The position numbers were made by a program, and so were the translations under genes. Shown piece by piece: positions 8,110-20,200 of a stretch of 64,000 bases of DNA. The notes under the pieces are model-generated. The model searched no databases. It was not told the origin of the DNA and worked only from the letters and a program-made list of their open reading frames with translations. This DNA is from Candidatus Latescibacterota bacterium. GTDB lineage: Bacteria; Latescibacterota; UBA2968; GCA-2709665. The DNA lies in assembly GCA_965203805.1 (NCBI GenBank), contig OZ241917.1, positions 128,001 to 192,000 on the forward strand, read 5' to 3'. Numbering within the stretch: the stretch's first letter is position 1; the number at the start of each line of letters is the position of its first letter.

Positions 8110-8272
8110 TTTTCCTCCGAAACAGACACCTGACCCGCGCCTGAGTTCCGCTGGAAATTGCAGGAGCCGGGTTTCTCTTACGAATCCCCATCTGCCTTTG
8201 TCGACTGTGGCATACGCGAGCCCGCGTTTGGGCTGTTTCAGGTGTTGGGGCGTTTTTCTGGCGGTATACCCG

Positions 8273-8458
8273 ATGTTCACGAAAGTGGCGCAGTTCATAA
8301 AAGACGTCCAGCTGGAAATGGGCAAGGTGACCTGGCCGACCCGTGACGAGCTGATCGCCTCGACAACGATTGTGCTGGTGGTTTCGCTCGCGCTTTCCGT
8401 GTTCATCTTCGCCGTCGACTTCGTGCTTTCGCTGGTTCGCAGATTTGTAATGAGCTGA
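8273..8458 (+). CDS. secE: Preprotein translocase SecE
   Basis: EMGKVTWPTRDEL plus a single TM helix; synteny. Confidence 0.93.
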   Translation: MFTKVAQFIKDVQLEMGKVTWPTRDELIASTTIVLVVSLALSVFIFAVDFVLSLVRRFVMS

Positions 8459-8493
8459 CGGCCTCCGGCTTTCCATACAGAGAGTGATACACC

Positions 8494-9033
8494 ATGGCAA
8501 TGCGCTGGTACGTCGTGCATACCTATTCAGGACACGAAAACAAAGTGCGTACCTATCTCGAGAGTGCCAAGGAAGGCACTGAGGTTGCGGAGAGGATCAA
8601 CCGGGTCGTCGTACCTACCGAAGAGGTTGTCGAGATGAAGGATGGACGGAAGACAACCTCCTTCAGGAAATTTCTGCCCAGTTACATTCTTGTCGAGATG
8701 GAAATGGACAAGGAGACCATGCACTTCGTTACGAATGTGCCTGGTGTCACGAGCTTCGTCGGGCCTGGGAAGCGCCCCCAGCCGCTTCACGAAAAAGAGG
8801 TGGAACACGTGCTGGGTCACGTCGACCGGCGTCAGGTTCAGGACGATCAGGAAATCCCCTATCAGGTCGGAGACCGTGTTAAAGTGATCGACGGCCCCTT
8901 CAGCGAATTCATCGGGATGGTCGACGTCGTGAACCCGGAGAAGAGAAAGATCAAGGTGATGGTGAGTATCTTCGGAAGGAACACCCCAGTGGAACTGGAC
9001 GTCCTGCAGGTTGAAGAGGCCATGGAAGGGTAG
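8494..9033 (+). CDS. nusG: Transcription factor NusG
   Basis: [11 protein letters not shown]; KOW domain IDGPF...IFGR.TPVEL. Confidence 0.97.
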   Translation: MAMRWYVVHTYSGHENKVRTYLESAKEGTEVAERINRVVVPTEEVVEMKDGRKTTSFRKFLPSYILVEMEMDKETMHFVTNVPGVTSFVGPGKRPQPLHEKEVEHVLGHVDRRQVQDDQEIPYQVGDRVKVIDGPFSEFIGMVDVVNPEKRKIKVMVSIFGRNTPVELDVLQVEEAMEG

Positions 9034-9037
9034 CGTA

Positions 9038-9463
9038 ATGGCAAAGAAGATTATGACAACCATCAAACTGCAGATTCCGGCGGGCCAGGCGTCCCCGACG
9101 CCGCCTGTCGGTCCGGCGCTTGGCCAGCACGGGGTCAACATCATGGAATTCTGCCAGGCGTTCAACGCACAGACCAAAGACAAGCAGGGTCTGATCGTCC
9201 CGGCGGTCATTACCGTGTTTACCGACCGCAGTTTCTCGTTTATTACAAAAAGCCCGCCGGCCGCGGTGTTGCTGAAAAGGGCCGCGGGACTCGAGAAGGG
9301 ATCGCCCGAATCCAACCGGACCAAGGTCGGCAGTGTCAATCGGGATCAGGTTCGGGAGATCGCCGAGATGAAAATGGAAGATCTGAATGCGAGCAGTGTG
9401 GACACCGCCGTGCGCATGATCGAAGGAACGGCGCGCAGCGCCGGGATCACGGTTGAGGATTAG
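9038..9463 (+). CDS. rplK: 50S ribosomal protein uL11
   Basis: [18 protein letters not shown]. Confidence 0.97.
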   Translation: MAKKIMTTIKLQIPAGQASPTPPVGPALGQHGVNIMEFCQAFNAQTKDKQGLIVPAVITVFTDRSFSFITKSPPAAVLLKRAAGLEKGSPESNRTKVGSVNRDQVREIAEMKMEDLNASSVDTAVRMIEGTARSAGITVED

Positions 9464-9476
9464 GAGGCAACTCATC

Positions 9477-10175
9477 ATGGCTGGGCGCAACGGGAGACGT
9501 TTCAAGACGGCGCTTTCTCAAATTGACCGGCGCGCGCAATATTCAATCGAGGATGCCGTATCGCTGTTGAAAGACATGCCGGCGCCGAAATTCGATCAGA
9601 CGGTCGAAATGGCCATCCGCCTGGGCGTGGATCCGCGCCAGGCCGACCAGCAGATCCGGGGTACGGTGATGTTGCCCCACGGGCTTGGAAAAACGATCCG
9701 CGTGGTCGTGTTCGCCAAAGGCGAACAGGCGGCCGCAGCCGAGGGCGCCGGGGCGGATATCGTGGGCGCGGACGATCTGGCCGAACGCATCAACGGGGGT
9801 TGGACCGACTTCGACGTAGCCATCGCGGCGCCGGACATGATGAGGGTTGTCGGACGTTTGGGGAGAATACTCGGGCCCCGCGGGCTGATGCCCAATCCCA
9901 AGAGCGGCACGGTCACGCCGGACGTGGCGCGGGCGGTGGCGGAGGCCAAAGCCGGTCGCGTGGAGTATCGGGTCGATCGGAACGGCAACGTCCACGCGCC
10001 CGTGGGCAGGGTCTCGTTCGAAAAGAACCGATTGGTTGAGAATGTCCGAACGCTTTTCGATACGATTCTGCGCGCGCGTCCTTCCTCTGCAAAGGGGCAA
10101 TATGTCCGGTCGGTTACCCTGGCGACCACGATGGGCCCGGGTGTCCGTATCGATCGGTCCAGTGCGGCCAGCTGA
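9477..10175 (+). CDS. rplA: 50S ribosomal protein uL1
   Basis: LGPRGLMPNPKSGTVT. Confidence 0.97.
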   Translation: MAGRNGRRFKTALSQIDRRAQYSIEDAVSLLKDMPAPKFDQTVEMAIRLGVDPRQADQQIRGTVMLPHGLGKTIRVVVFAKGEQAAAAEGAGADIVGADDLAERINGGWTDFDVAIAAPDMMRVVGRLGRILGPRGLMPNPKSGTVTPDVARAVAEAKAGRVEYRVDRNGNVHAPVGRVSFEKNRLVENVRTLFDTILRARPSSAKGQYVRSVTLATTMGPGVRIDRSSAAS

Positions 10176-10207
10176 CGGGGAGTGTACCCGCAACGGAAGG
10201 GAACAGG

Positions 10208-10744
10208 ATGCCAACGGCTGGAAAAATCAGTGCGGTCGAGGAACTGACCCAACTTATGAGCAGGTCCCAGGGATTCTGTCTGGCCGATTTTACCGGTCTC
10301 GATGTTCCGGAGGTCACTCGGCTCCGTAAACGGCTGCGCGACGAGGATATAACCTACAAGGTCGTCAAGAATCGCCTGGCGTTGATTGCGGTAAAAAACG
10401 CGGGGATTCAGGGTCTGGAAGAGGTGTTGCAGGGTCCAACCGGTCTGGCCAGTTCGGAAACCGATCCGGTCGCGGCGGTGAGGCTGCTTCACGAGTTTGC
10501 CCAGGAGTCGAACGGCCTCCCAAGGGTCAAGGGCGGCTTTGCGGACGGACGGGTCTATCGGGAAGATCAGCTGGAGGCGCTTGCCAGACTGCCGTCAAGG
10601 GAAGTGCTGTTGGGGCAGGTGGTCTCGTCGGTCCAGAGTCCGTTGAGCGGGCTGGTATTCTGTCTGGGCGGCATGCTGCAGAACCTCGTTCTGATTCTGA
10701 ACGAAATTGCCAAGAAGAAGGGTGAGGCCGGTGTGGTTGACTGA
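10208..10744 (+). CDS. rplJ: 50S ribosomal protein uL10
   Basis: VVKNRL, LPSRE; synteny. Confidence 0.95.
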   Translation: MPTAGKISAVEELTQLMSRSQGFCLADFTGLDVPEVTRLRKRLRDEDITYKVVKNRLALIAVKNAGIQGLEEVLQGPTGLASSETDPVAAVRLLHEFAQESNGLPRVKGGFADGRVYREDQLEALARLPSREVLLGQVVSSVQSPLSGLVFCLGGMLQNLVLILNEIAKKKGEAGVVD

Positions 10745-10803
10745 GCATTCCGGGTCACCTAAAACCGTTTCAATCATCAGGACAAGACGTATGGAGGAGA
10801 TCC

Positions 10804-11184
10804 ATGGCAATCACAGATATTATCGATGAAATCGAAAAGCTCTCCGTTCTTGAACTGGCCGAGTTGGTTAAGGCGCTCGAGGATAAATTCGGCGTGAGCG
10901 CCCAGGCGATGGTTGCCGCACCGGCGGCCGGCGCCGTCGCCGTCGCCGATGGAGAGGCGGAGGAAGAGGAACAGACGGAATTCGACGTGGTTTTGAGCGC
11001 CATCGGCGACAAGAAAATTCAGGTCATCAAGGTGGTACGCAGCGTCACCAGTCTGGGCTTGAAAGAAGCCAAGGAACTCGTCGACGGTGCGCCTCGCAGC
11101 GTGAAGGAGGGCGTTTCCAAGGAGGAGGCCGACCAGATCAAGGCCGAGTTGGAGGAGGTTGGAGCCGTGGTTGAAATCAAATAG
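10804..11184 (+). CDS. rplL: 50S ribosomal protein bL12
   Basis: [17 protein letters not shown]. Confidence 0.97.
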   Translation: MAITDIIDEIEKLSVLELAELVKALEDKFGVSAQAMVAAPAAGAVAVADGEAEEEEQTEFDVVLSAIGDKKIQVIKVVRSVTSLGLKEAKELVDGAPRSVKEGVSKEEADQIKAELEEVGAVVEIK

Positions 11185-11247
11185 ACTCGCTTCATAGCAT
11201 TCCTGCCTTCAAACAATGGTCGATTTCACCGGAGGAGCGTGATCATC

Positions 11248-14200
11248 TTGGCGAAAAATGGACTTATAGACAGGAAGTCTTACGGAAAAATCGCTTCAGC
11301 CATCGAAATGCCGAATCTTCTGGACATCCAGATTGATTCCTACAATTGGTTCTTGCAGCAGGACGTACCGCCTGGCGAACGCGGAAAACAGGGCCTCCAG
11401 GCGGTTTTCCATAGTATCTTTCCGATCAGCGACGTCCACAGGCTTTTCTCACTCGAGTTCGTCGACTATTCCATTGGCACACCCAAGTACGACGTGGGTG
11501 AATGCCTGGAGCGAGGAACAACATACGCGGTTCCGCTGCGCGCCACGTTAAGGCTGATTTCCCGCGAAAAGCAGGACAACAAGGAGTTCCGGATCAAGGA
11601 TATCGTGGAGCAGACGGTATTCCTGGGCGAACTGCCGCTGATGACCGACGAAGGCACGTTTATCGTCAACGGTTCGGAGCGGGTGATCGTAAGCCAGCTG
11701 CACAGGTCTCCCGGCGTCTTTTTCGACGAAACCATTCACCCCAATGGAAAGCGGCTCTATTCCGCGCGGATAATACCGTACAAGGGCGCCTGGCTGGAGT
11801 TCAGCCTGGACATAAACGATATCATGTACGTGCATATAGACAGGAAACGGAAGTTGCCGTTTACCACGTTTTTGCGCGCCCTGGGTTTCAGTCGGAACGA
11901 AGAAATTCTAAGCCTGTTTCACGAGAACACGACAGCCCGGGTCGACGAAGATCTGGTCGGCGCCGTTGCGATGGAGGACGTGGTCGACAAGAAGTCCGGC
12001 GAAGTTATCGTCGAGTCCCGCCAGACGATAACGGAAGAACACCTGGAGGCGCTGAAGGGCGCCGGGATCAACCGGCTGACCGTACTCGACGTAAATGCCG
12101 ACAACGATGGCGGCGTGATTGCCAATACCCTTCTGAAAGATCCTTGCGACAACGAAGAAGAGGCGCTCTCACGAATCTACAACCTGCTTCGTCCGGGCGA
12201 TCCGCCAAATCTGGAGACGGCGCGCGGTCTGCTTGAGCGACAGTTCTTCAGCCCCAAGCGTTATCAGCTGGGCGAAGTCGGGCGTTATCGCCTGAATCAG
12301 CGGCTGAATCTCAACATTCCACTGGAATTCACCACCCTGTGTATCGAGGATTTTCACAGGGTCATCCAATATCTGCTGGTCCTGTTCAAGGGCGAAGGCT
12401 ATACGGACGACATCGACCATCTCGGCAATCGGCGTATCCGGACCGTGGGCGAGCTCCTGTCCTACCACTTTTCAACCGGCCTGGTGCGCATGGCCAGGAC
12501 GATCAGAGAGCGGATGAGTCTCAGGGATACCGAGCAGATTACACCACAGGATCTGGTCAATGCGAGGACCGTCTCGACCGTCGTTCAGGCGTTCTTCGGC
12601 AGCAGCCAACTGTCTCAGTTCCTTCAGCAGACCAATCCGCTGGATGAGCTGTCGCACAAGCGGCGGCTCTCGGCGCTGGGTCCCGGCGGCCTGACGCGTG
12701 ACAGGGCCGGCTTCGAGGTGCGTGACGTCCACCATACCCACTACGGGCGGATTTGCCCCATCGAAACGCCGGAAGGTCCCAATATCGGCCTGATCGCCAA
12801 CATTTCCACGTACGCGAAGATAAACGCCCTCGGATTTCTGGAAACGCCGTACCGGGTTGTTAAAGACGGAAGGGTGACTTCGGAGATCAAGTATCTGTCC
12901 GCGGACGAGGAAGACAAACACACCATCGCCCAGGCCAATGCGATGCTCGACACCGACGGGAGATTCCAGGATCCCGCGGTGCAGGCCCGCCGGCGTGGCG
13001 ATTTTCCCCTCGTAGCGCCTTCGGAAATTGATTATATGGACGTCTCGCCCTGCCAGCTGGTCAGTACGGCGGCGTCCCTGATTCCGTTTCTGGAGCACGA
13101 CGATGCCAACCGCGCCCTGATGGGCTCGAATATGCAACGACAGGCCGTGCCGCTGCTTCGGACGGAAGCGCCGTTCGTCGGTACCGGTATGGAACACGCG
13201 GTTGCCGTGGATTCCAAGGCGGTCGTAACCGCGAGGACCCCCGGAACGGTCACCTACGTGAGTGCGGACAAGATCGTGGTGAAGCGTCGAAAGGGCCCCA
13301 ACGTCGAAATGATCGATCTGTTCGACGAAGACATCTACAGGCTTATCAAATTCAAACGGTCGAACCAGGATTTCTGCATCAGTCAGAAGCCGCTCGTGAG
13401 GGTAGGCGACAAGGTTGGAGCCGGCGATCTCCTGGCGGACGGCTGCGCCACGGACCGGGGGGACCTCGCCCTCGGAGCAAACGTGCTATGCGCGTTCATG
13501 TCGTGGAACGGGTACAATTTCGAAGATGCGATCATCGTATCCGAGCGGCTGTTGAAGAAAGATATCTTCACCTCGATATCCATAGAGGAATTCGAGCTCC
13601 AGGTGCGCGACACCAAGCGGGGTGTGGAGGAGATAACGAGGGAGATTCCGAACGTCAGCGAACAGGCGGTGCGCAACCTGGATGAGCAGGGCATCGTCCG
13701 GTCCGGCGCCGAGGTGACTTCCGGCGATATCCTCGTAGGCAAAGTCACTCCCAAGGGAGAAACCGAACTGTCTCCCGAAGAACGCCTCCTGCGCGCAATA
13801 TTCGGAGAGAAGGCGGGAGACGTCAGAGATGCGTCTTTAAAGGCGCCGTCCGGAATGGACGGGGTTGTCATGGACCGGAAGGTCTTTTCGCGTAAAGACA
13901 GAGAAAAGACCCGAAAGGCCGATAAAGAGAAAACAGCCACTGTCAAGAAACGGATCCAGGAGAAAGTCAAAGCGATAAAGTCCAGCCGGGACGAACAGGT
14001 GGCGGCGCAGCTGCGGGGGAGAAAGCTGAAGCTGTTGCGGCATACCGAAGACGGCTCTGTCGCGGCCCGTTCCGGAAGGGTATTCGATGAGAAGCTGGCG
14101 GAAAAGCTCGACCTGGACGTCGTTCGGCCGGACGACGCATGGGTCGACGATGCCGGCGTCGACCGAAAGGTCGGCCGCATCATGGAACTGGCGGAGATGC

Positions 14201-15015
14201 TGATCCGCGCCGCGGAAGACGAGCTGGAGCGGGAACTGGAAAAAATCGCACGGGGCGATGAGCTTCCGCCGGGAATCGTTCAGCTCGTCAAAGTGTACAT
14301 CGCCCGAAAGCGCAAGCTGATGGTCGGCGACAAGATGGCCGGACGCCATGGCAACAAGGGAGTCGTTTCGATCATCGTACCTGAAGAGGATATGCCTTAT
14401 CTTCCCGACGGCACCCCGATCGACATCATCCTCAACCCGCTGGGTGTGCCGTCACGCATGAATCTGGGGCAGATTCTCGAGACCCATCTCGGATGGGCCG
14501 CCCAGGCGCTGGATCTCCACGTCGCCACGCCCGTTTTCGACGGCGCTACGCTCGAGGACATCAAATCGGCGCTGGGCCGGGCCCGATTGCCCGAAACCGG
14601 AAAAACCGTGTTGTACGACGGCAAGACGGGAAAACCCTTCGACAAGGAAGTTATGGTCGGTTTCATCTATATGTTGAAACTGTCACACCTGGTCAGCGAC
14701 AAAATCCATGCCCGTTCCATCGGACCCTATTCGCTGGTGACGCAACAGCCCCTTGGCGGAAAGGCGCAATTCGGCGGCCAGCGGTTCGGCGAAATGGAGG
14801 TCTGGGCGCTCGAGGCCTACGGCGCCGCGTATATGCTGCAGGAGATGCTGACCGTCAAGTCCGATGACGTTGCAGGACGTTCAAAGATCTACGAAGCGAT
14901 CGTAAAGGGCGAAAATCCGCCCGAACCGGGGGTTCCTGAATCCTTCAACGTGCTGGTGAAGGAATTGCAGAGCCTGTGTCTGGACGTGGTTCTGGAGAAC
15001 GGCCAGGGCGGGTGA
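11248..15015 (+). CDS. rpoB: RNA polymerase beta subunit
   Basis: [28 protein letters not shown]; TTG start preferred over GTG 11239 on RBS spacing. Confidence 0.98.
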   Translation: MAKNGLIDRKSYGKIASAIEMPNLLDIQIDSYNWFLQQDVPPGERGKQGLQAVFHSIFPISDVHRLFSLEFVDYSIGTPKYDVGECLERGTTYAVPLRATLRLISREKQDNKEFRIKDIVEQTVFLGELPLMTDEGTFIVNGSERVIVSQLHRSPGVFFDETIHPNGKRLYSARIIPYKGAWLEFSLDINDIMYVHIDRKRKLPFTTFLRALGFSRNEEILSLFHENTTARVDEDLVGAVAMEDVVDKKSGEVIVESRQTITEEHLEALKGAGINRLTVLDVNADNDGGVIANTLLKDPCDNEEEALSRIYNLLRPGDPPNLETARGLLERQFFSPKRYQLGEVGRYRLNQRLNLNIPLEFTTLCIEDFHRVIQYLLVLFKGEGYTDDIDHLGNRRIRTVGELLSYHFSTGLVRMARTIRERMSLRDTEQITPQDLVNARTVSTVVQAFFGSSQLSQFLQQTNPLDELSHKRRLSALGPGGLTRDRAGFEVRDVHHTHYGRICPIETPEGPNIGLIANISTYAKINALGFLETPYRVVKDGRVTSEIKYLSADEEDKHTIAQANAMLDTDGRFQDPAVQARRRGDFPLVAPSEIDYMDVSPCQLVSTAASLIPFLEHDDANRALMGSNMQRQAVPLLRTEAPFVGTGMEHAVAVDSKAVVTARTPGTVTYVSADKIVVKRRKGPNVEMIDLFDEDIYRLIKFKRSNQDFCISQKPLVRVGDKVGAGDLLADGCATDRGDLALGANVLCAFMSWNGYNFEDAIIVSERLLKKDIFTSISIEEFELQVRDTKRGVEEITREIPNVSEQAVRNLDEQGIVRSGAEVTSGDILVGKVTPKGETELSPEERLLRAIFGEKAGDVRDASLKAPSGMDGVVMDRKVFSRKDREKTRKADKEKTATVKKRIQEKVKAIKSSRDEQVAAQLRGRKLKLLRHTEDGSVAARSGRVFDEKLAEKLDLDVVRPDDAWVDDAGVDRKVGRIMELAEMLIRAAEDELERELEKIARGDELPPGIVQLVKVYIARKRKLMVGDKMAGRHGNKGVVSIIVPEEDMPYLPDGTPIDIILNPLGVPSRMNLGQILETHLGWAAQALDLHVATPVFDGATLEDIKSALGRARLPETGKTVLYDGKTGKPFDKEVMVGFIYMLKLSHLVSDKIHARSIGPYSLVTQQPLGGKAQFGGQRFGEMEVWALEAYGAAYMLQEMLTVKSDDVAGRSKIYEAIVKGENPPEPGVPESFNVLVKELQSLCLDVVLENGQGG

Positions 15016-15073
15016 CATCTTTCAGCTGGGTCATCTTCTTTAAAATTCCGATCGCAAAAAGGGGGTAAGGCCC

Positions 15074-18000
15074 GTGGCGGACATCAACACTTCCAAGCGC
15101 CCCACAGAGTTCAATTCGATCCGTATTCAGCTGGCTTCTCCGGAAACGATCCGGGGCTGGTCCCGCGGTGAGGTGACCAAGCCGGAAACCATCAACTACC
15201 GCTCGTTCAAGCCGGAACGCGACGGTCTCTTCTGTGAACGCATCTTCGGTCCGGTCAAAGATTGGGAATGCAGCTGCGGCAAATACAAGAGGATTCGCTA
15301 CCGGGGCGTGGTCTGCGACCGGTGCGGCGTCGAAGTCACCCAGTCGAAGGTGCGACGCGAGCGTCTGGGTCATATCGAACTTGCGGTGCCGGTTACGCAT
15401 ATCTGGTTCTTCAAGTCGCTGCCTTCCCGCATGGGCTATCTGCTGGACATTACCATTCGCAATCTGGAACGGATCATCTATTACGAATCTTATGTCGTGT
15501 TGGATCCCGGCGACGCGCCCGATCTGAAGTATAAGGACCTTCTCTCCGAAGACGAGGCATTTGAACTTGAAGCGAAGGGGTACAACTTTACTGCGGACAT
15601 GGGCGCTGTCGCGCTCAGAAAGCTGCTCAGCGAAATTGACGTTGAGGAACTTTCCGCCGAGTTGCGCACCCAGGCGCGCATGGAAACCTCCGTTCAACGT
15701 AAACAGGAGGCATTGAAACGGCTCAAGGTGGTCGAGGCGTTTCGGCAGTCCGACAATCACCCGTCCTGGATGATTCTTGACGTCGTTCCCGTGATTCCAC
15801 CTGACCTTCGACCGTTGGTCCCTCTGGAGGGCGGCAGGTTTGCCACGTCGGATCTGAACGATCTTTACCGGCGGGTCATCAACCGGAACAACAGGTTGAA
15901 GAAACTGATCGAAATCAAGGCGCCTGAAGTGATCCTCCGCAACGAGAAACGCATGCTTCAGGAGGCTGTCGACGCGCTCTTCGACAATGGCCGCAGGTCT
16001 CGCGCGGTGCGCGGAGACGGCAACCGTTCCCTGAAGTCGCTCTCCGATCTCCTGAAGGGCAAACAGGGTCGCTTCCGCCAGAATCTCCTCGGCAAGCGGG
16101 TGGACTATTCCGGCCGATCGGTAATCGTCGTCGACCCCAATCTCAGGCTGCATCAATGCGGGCTTCCGAAGCATATGGCGCTTGAACTTTTCAAGCCGTT
16201 TATCATCAAGAAACTGGAAGAGCGTGGATTGGTCCAGACCGTGAAAAGCGCAAAAAAGCTGGTCGAGCGCGAACGGGTCGAAGTGTGGGACATTCTCGAA
16301 GACATCATTCAGGATCACTACGTCCTGCTGAACCGTGCGCCCACGCTGCACCGGCTGGGCATCCAGGCGTTCCAGCCCGTGCTTGTGGAAGGAAAGGCGA
16401 TTCGCATTCATCCGCTGGTGTGCGCGGCGTTCAATGCGGACTTCGACGGCGACCAGATGGCCGTCCACGTTCCCCTGTCTTTCGAGGCGCAGATCGAAGC
16501 CCGAATCCTCATCATGTCCGCGAACAACATGCTCAAGCCCGCAGACGGATCGGCCGTGATCGTGCACAACCCGCAGGACATCGCCATGGGCTGTTATTAT
16601 CTGACCAAAATCGTCCAGCAGCCCGACGGGAAGCAACTTAAGGCGTTCGGCAGCCCCAACGAAGCGTTGATTGCGCACGATTACGGCAAGATCGACCTTC
16701 ACGAAGCAATCCGTGTCCGGGTCGAAGGCGAGTTGCTCACGACCACCGTAGGCCAGGTGATTTTCAACGAGATCCTGCCGGATGGGATGCCCTTTATCAA
16801 TCAGATGGTGGACAAGCCGGTAATACAGAAAGTAACCACCGACGTCCATCGGCGATTCGGCAATCGGGCAACCGTGGAATTTGCCGACGGCCTGAAGCGC
16901 CTGGGTTACGACTACGCCACCCAGTCGGGCGTGACCGTCTCGATGGACGACGTCGTGGTTCCGCCCAGGAAACAGGAACTCATCGACAGGGCCAAGGGTG
17001 AGGTCGATCGAATCCAGCAACAGCACGGCCACGGCGTCATCACCGAGGGCGAGCGATACAACAAGGTCATCGACGTCTGGCAGCACACCACGAACAATAT
17101 CGCCGAAATGATGAACGAGGCCCTGGAGCATTCCGAGGCGGGTTTCAACTCCATCTATATTATGAAGGACTCCGGCGCTCGCGGCAGCGACGATCAGGTG
17201 AAACAGCTGGGCGGCATGCGCGGGCTGATGAACAAACCCCAGAAGAAGCTCACCGGAGCGATCGGTGAAATCATCGAGACGCCCATCGTTGCCTCCTTTA
17301 AAGAGGGTCTCTCGGTACTCGAGTACTTCATATCCACGCACGGGGCAAGAAAGGGGCTGGCCGATACGGCGCTGAAAACCGCCGAGGCAGGGTACCTTAC
17401 CCGCCGTATGGTGGACGTGGCGCAGGACGGCGTGATCAACGAAGGCGACTGCGGCACCATCATGGGCATTGAACTCGAAGCGCTCAAAGAGGGCGAGGAA
17501 GTGGTCGAACCCCTGGCGGATCGCATCGTCGGCCGAACCCTGTTGGAGGATGTTTACGATCCCATTGGAGGCGAGATCATCGTGGAGAGCGGTAAGCTGC
17601 TCGACGAGGCAACCGCCGCCAGAATCGCCGATGCTGGTGTGGAACGGGTGAATGTGCGGTCGGTACTGACGTGCGAGGCCCGGCGGGGCATCTGCGCCAA
17701 GTGCTATGGTCGTAATCTCGCCACCGGGAGGCTCGTCGATATCGGCGAGGCAGTCGGCGTGATTGCCGCACAGAGCGTCGGCGAGCCCGGCACTCAGCTC
17801 ACGCTCCGTACCTTCCATATCGGCGGCACATCCAGCCGAATCGCGGAGCAGGCCGAAATCGTGGCCAAGCGGGCCGGCGTGGTGCGGTTCATCAACATCG
17901 ACTGCGTTACCCGCAGCGACGGACAGCGCATCGCGGTCGGCAGGAACGGCGAGTTCGAGGTACAGGACGATCAGGGACGTCCCCGGGGCGGTCACTATTA

Positions 18001-19162
18001 TGTGCCATACGGCGCCGTGTTGAAAGTCGAGCACGAGCAGACGGTGGACGAGAGCCAGGTCCTGTATGAATGGGATCCCTACAACAATATAATTGTCTCC
18101 AACCGGCCGGGTGTCGTCGAATTCGTCGACCTCGTCGAAGGGATAACCTACCGCGAAGAGGCCGATGAGACCACGGGTCTGGCGGCACAGGTGGTCACCG
18201 AGCACCGCGACCGTACGCTCTCTCCGCGGATTCGCATTGTCGACGCCGAGGACAATGAAGTCGGCCATTACATTATTCCCGTAGGCGCTCGTCTCGTGGT
18301 GCACGACAAGGACCGGATCGGCGCCGGCGATACCCTGGCGAAGATCCCGCGCGAGCGCAGCAAGACGCGGGACATCACCGGCGGGCTGCCCCGCGTCGCG
18401 GAACTCTTCGAGGCGCGGCGCCCCAAGGATCCCGCCGTGGTCACGGAAATCGACGGTACAGTCAGTTTCGGAGGACTCGTTCGGGGTTCCAGGACCGTGA
18501 TTGTCACGTCCGACGACGGAGAAGAGCGGAAATATACGATTCCCTATGGAAAACACCTCCGGGTCCAGGAGAACGACCGGGTGCAGGCCGGCGAACAGCT
18601 TTCCGAAGGATCGGTGAATCCGCACGATATCCTGCAGATTCAGGGTATTCAGGCGGTGCAGGAATATCTGGTAAACGAGATCCAGGCCGTGTATCGCATG
18701 CAGGGTGTCCGGATCAACGACAAGCATATCGAATGCATTGTTCGCCAGATGCTGCAAAAGGTCCAGGTTACGGATCCAGGCGATACCAATTTCCTGGAAG
18801 GAGAAACGGTAGACCGCTTCCGCTTCCGCGACGAAAACGACAAGGTGATTGCCGAAGGCGGCGATCCGGCCACGTTCCATCCGGTGTTGCTGGGCATTAC
18901 AAGGGCCTCGCTGATGACCGACAGCTTTATTTCAGCCGCGTCGTTCCAGGAGACCACGCGCGTCTTGACGGAGGCATCCGTTCAGGGCAAGATGGACGGC
19001 CTGCTCGGATTAAAGGAAAACGTGATTATAGGGCACCTGATTCCAGCCGGTACCGGTTCGGAACGGTATCGCGAGGTCCAGGCGGTGTCTCTGGAGAAGG
19101 ATGCCGAGGAGGCCCCCGACGAGGGGCTCGAAAACGTCGGCCTTCCACCGATAAATGCTTGA
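15074..19162 (+). CDS. rpoC: RNA polymerase beta' subunit
   Basis: NADFDGDQM catalytic motif; N-terminal Zn finger. Confidence 0.99.
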   Translation: MADINTSKRPTEFNSIRIQLASPETIRGWSRGEVTKPETINYRSFKPERDGLFCERIFGPVKDWECSCGKYKRIRYRGVVCDRCGVEVTQSKVRRERLGHIELAVPVTHIWFFKSLPSRMGYLLDITIRNLERIIYYESYVVLDPGDAPDLKYKDLLSEDEAFELEAKGYNFTADMGAVALRKLLSEIDVEELSAELRTQARMETSVQRKQEALKRLKVVEAFRQSDNHPSWMILDVVPVIPPDLRPLVPLEGGRFATSDLNDLYRRVINRNNRLKKLIEIKAPEVILRNEKRMLQEAVDALFDNGRRSRAVRGDGNRSLKSLSDLLKGKQGRFRQNLLGKRVDYSGRSVIVVDPNLRLHQCGLPKHMALELFKPFIIKKLEERGLVQTVKSAKKLVERERVEVWDILEDIIQDHYVLLNRAPTLHRLGIQAFQPVLVEGKAIRIHPLVCAAFNADFDGDQMAVHVPLSFEAQIEARILIMSANNMLKPADGSAVIVHNPQDIAMGCYYLTKIVQQPDGKQLKAFGSPNEALIAHDYGKIDLHEAIRVRVEGELLTTTVGQVIFNEILPDGMPFINQMVDKPVIQKVTTDVHRRFGNRATVEFADGLKRLGYDYATQSGVTVSMDDVVVPPRKQELIDRAKGEVDRIQQQHGHGVITEGERYNKVIDVWQHTTNNIAEMMNEALEHSEAGFNSIYIMKDSGARGSDDQVKQLGGMRGLMNKPQKKLTGAIGEIIETPIVASFKEGLSVLEYFISTHGARKGLADTALKTAEAGYLTRRMVDVAQDGVINEGDCGTIMGIELEALKEGEEVVEPLADRIVGRTLLEDVYDPIGGEIIVESGKLLDEATAARIADAGVERVNVRSVLTCEARRGICAKCYGRNLATGRLVDIGEAVGVIAAQSVGEPGTQLTLRTFHIGGTSSRIAEQAEIVAKRAGVVRFINIDCVTRSDGQRIAVGRNGEFEVQDDQGRPRGGHYYVPYGAVLKVEHEQTVDESQVLYEWDPYNNIIVSNRPGVVEFVDLVEGITYREEADETTGLAAQVVTEHRDRTLSPRIRIVDAEDNEVGHYIIPVGARLVVHDKDRIGAGDTLAKIPRERSKTRDITGGLPRVAELFEARRPKDPAVVTEIDGTVSFGGLVRGSRTVIVTSDDGEERKYTIPYGKHLRVQENDRVQAGEQLSEGSVNPHDILQIQGIQAVQEYLVNEIQAVYRMQGVRINDKHIECIVRQMLQKVQVTDPGDTNFLEGETVDRFRFRDENDKVIAEGGDPATFHPVLLGITRASLMTDSFISAASFQETTRVLTEASVQGKMDGLLGLKENVIIGHLIPAGTGSERYREVQAVSLEKDAEEAPDEGLENVGLPPINA

Positions 19163-19187
19163 CAAGTGGGCTTCAAATTGGTATAAT
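19159..19187 (+). promoter_or_regulatory. Consensus sigma70 promoter of the str operon
   Basis: TTGACA-N17-TATAAT overlapping the rpoC stop. Confidence 0.85.
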
Positions 19188-19266
19188 GCGAGTCTATGGC
19201 CGAATTTGGCCGCGAACGGCAAACTCGACCGCACAGGTCCGGATGTGAACCATACAGGAGGTTGTT

Positions 19267-19638
19267 TTGCCCACCATCAACCAGCTGGTGCGCAAAGGGC
19301 GTAAGTTAAAGGCGAAGCGGTCGTCCGCCCCGGCATTGCGGGCATGTCCGCAGAAGCGGGGCGTCTGTACGAGGGTGTATACCACAACCCCCAAGAAACC
19401 GAACTCGGCTCTGCGTAAGGTTGCCCGCGTCCGCCTGACGAACGGGATGGAGGTCACAGCTTATATCCCTGGCGAAGGCCATAACCTTCAGGAACACTCA
19501 GTTGTGCTCATCCGGGGTGGCCGTGTACGGGATCTGCCGTCGGTCCGTTACCATATTGTCCGCGGCGTTCTGGACACGACCGGAGTCTCCGACCGAAAGC
19601 AGGGTCGGTCCAAATACGGTGCCAAGACACCTCAATAG
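19267..19638 (+). CDS. rpsL: 30S ribosomal protein uS12
   Basis: [22 protein letters not shown]. Confidence 0.98.
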   Translation: MPTINQLVRKGRKLKAKRSSAPALRACPQKRGVCTRVYTTTPKKPNSALRKVARVRLTNGMEVTAYIPGEGHNLQEHSVVLIRGGRVRDLPSVRYHIVRGVLDTTGVSDRKQGRSKYGAKTPQ

Positions 19639-19726
19639 GATTTGCGGGTTTTATGTAAGGGTTTGTTTCGGGGGATTACGCTGGAGTCGGCAGCAAACGG
19701 TGTGTCCCCCTTGTTTTGAGGGCGTT

Positions 19727-20194
19727 ATGAGAAAAAGGCGGGCCGAGAAGAGAGCGCTTTCACCCGATCCCAAGTACGGCAGCGTTCTGGTGACGCAGTT
19801 CGTAAACAGCCTGTTTCGGAAGGGCAAGAAGAGCATTGGCGAGAAGATACTGTATCGCGCACTGGACCTGATCGCCGAACGGTCGGACAAGACTGGTCTG
19901 GAAGTCTTCGAGCAGGCGGTCGAAAACGCCAAGCCGATCATTCAGGTGAAATCCCGGCGCGTGGGCGGCACGACCTACCAGGTGCCGGTGGAAGTACGGT
20001 CGGATGAGCGGCTCTCTCTATCGATAGGCTGGCTGATTACGTTCGCACGCGGGCGCGGCGAGAAAACCATGTCACAGAGGCTCGCGGGTGAATTGACGGA
20101 CGCGGCAAGCGGCCGCGGTCGGGCGATGCAGCGAAGAGAAGAAACACACCGCATGGCCGAGGCAAACCGTGCGTTCGCACACTATCGTTGGTAG
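19727..20194 (+). CDS. rpsG: 30S ribosomal protein uS7
   Basis: SRRVGGTTYQVP, HRMAEANRAFAHYRW. Confidence 0.97.
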   Translation: MRKRRAEKRALSPDPKYGSVLVTQFVNSLFRKGKKSIGEKILYRALDLIAERSDKTGLEVFEQAVENAKPIIQVKSRRVGGTTYQVPVEVRSDERLSLSIGWLITFARGRGEKTMSQRLAGELTDAASGRGRAMQRREETHRMAEANRAFAHYRW

Positions 20195-20200
20195 ACGAAT

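Noticed and set aside
14945-18880. 1311-aa minus-strand ORF and many similar antisense ORFs over rpoB, secY, rlmD and purL
   Set aside because: Shadow ORFs caused by codon bias in GC-rich genes; they fully overlap well-supported genes
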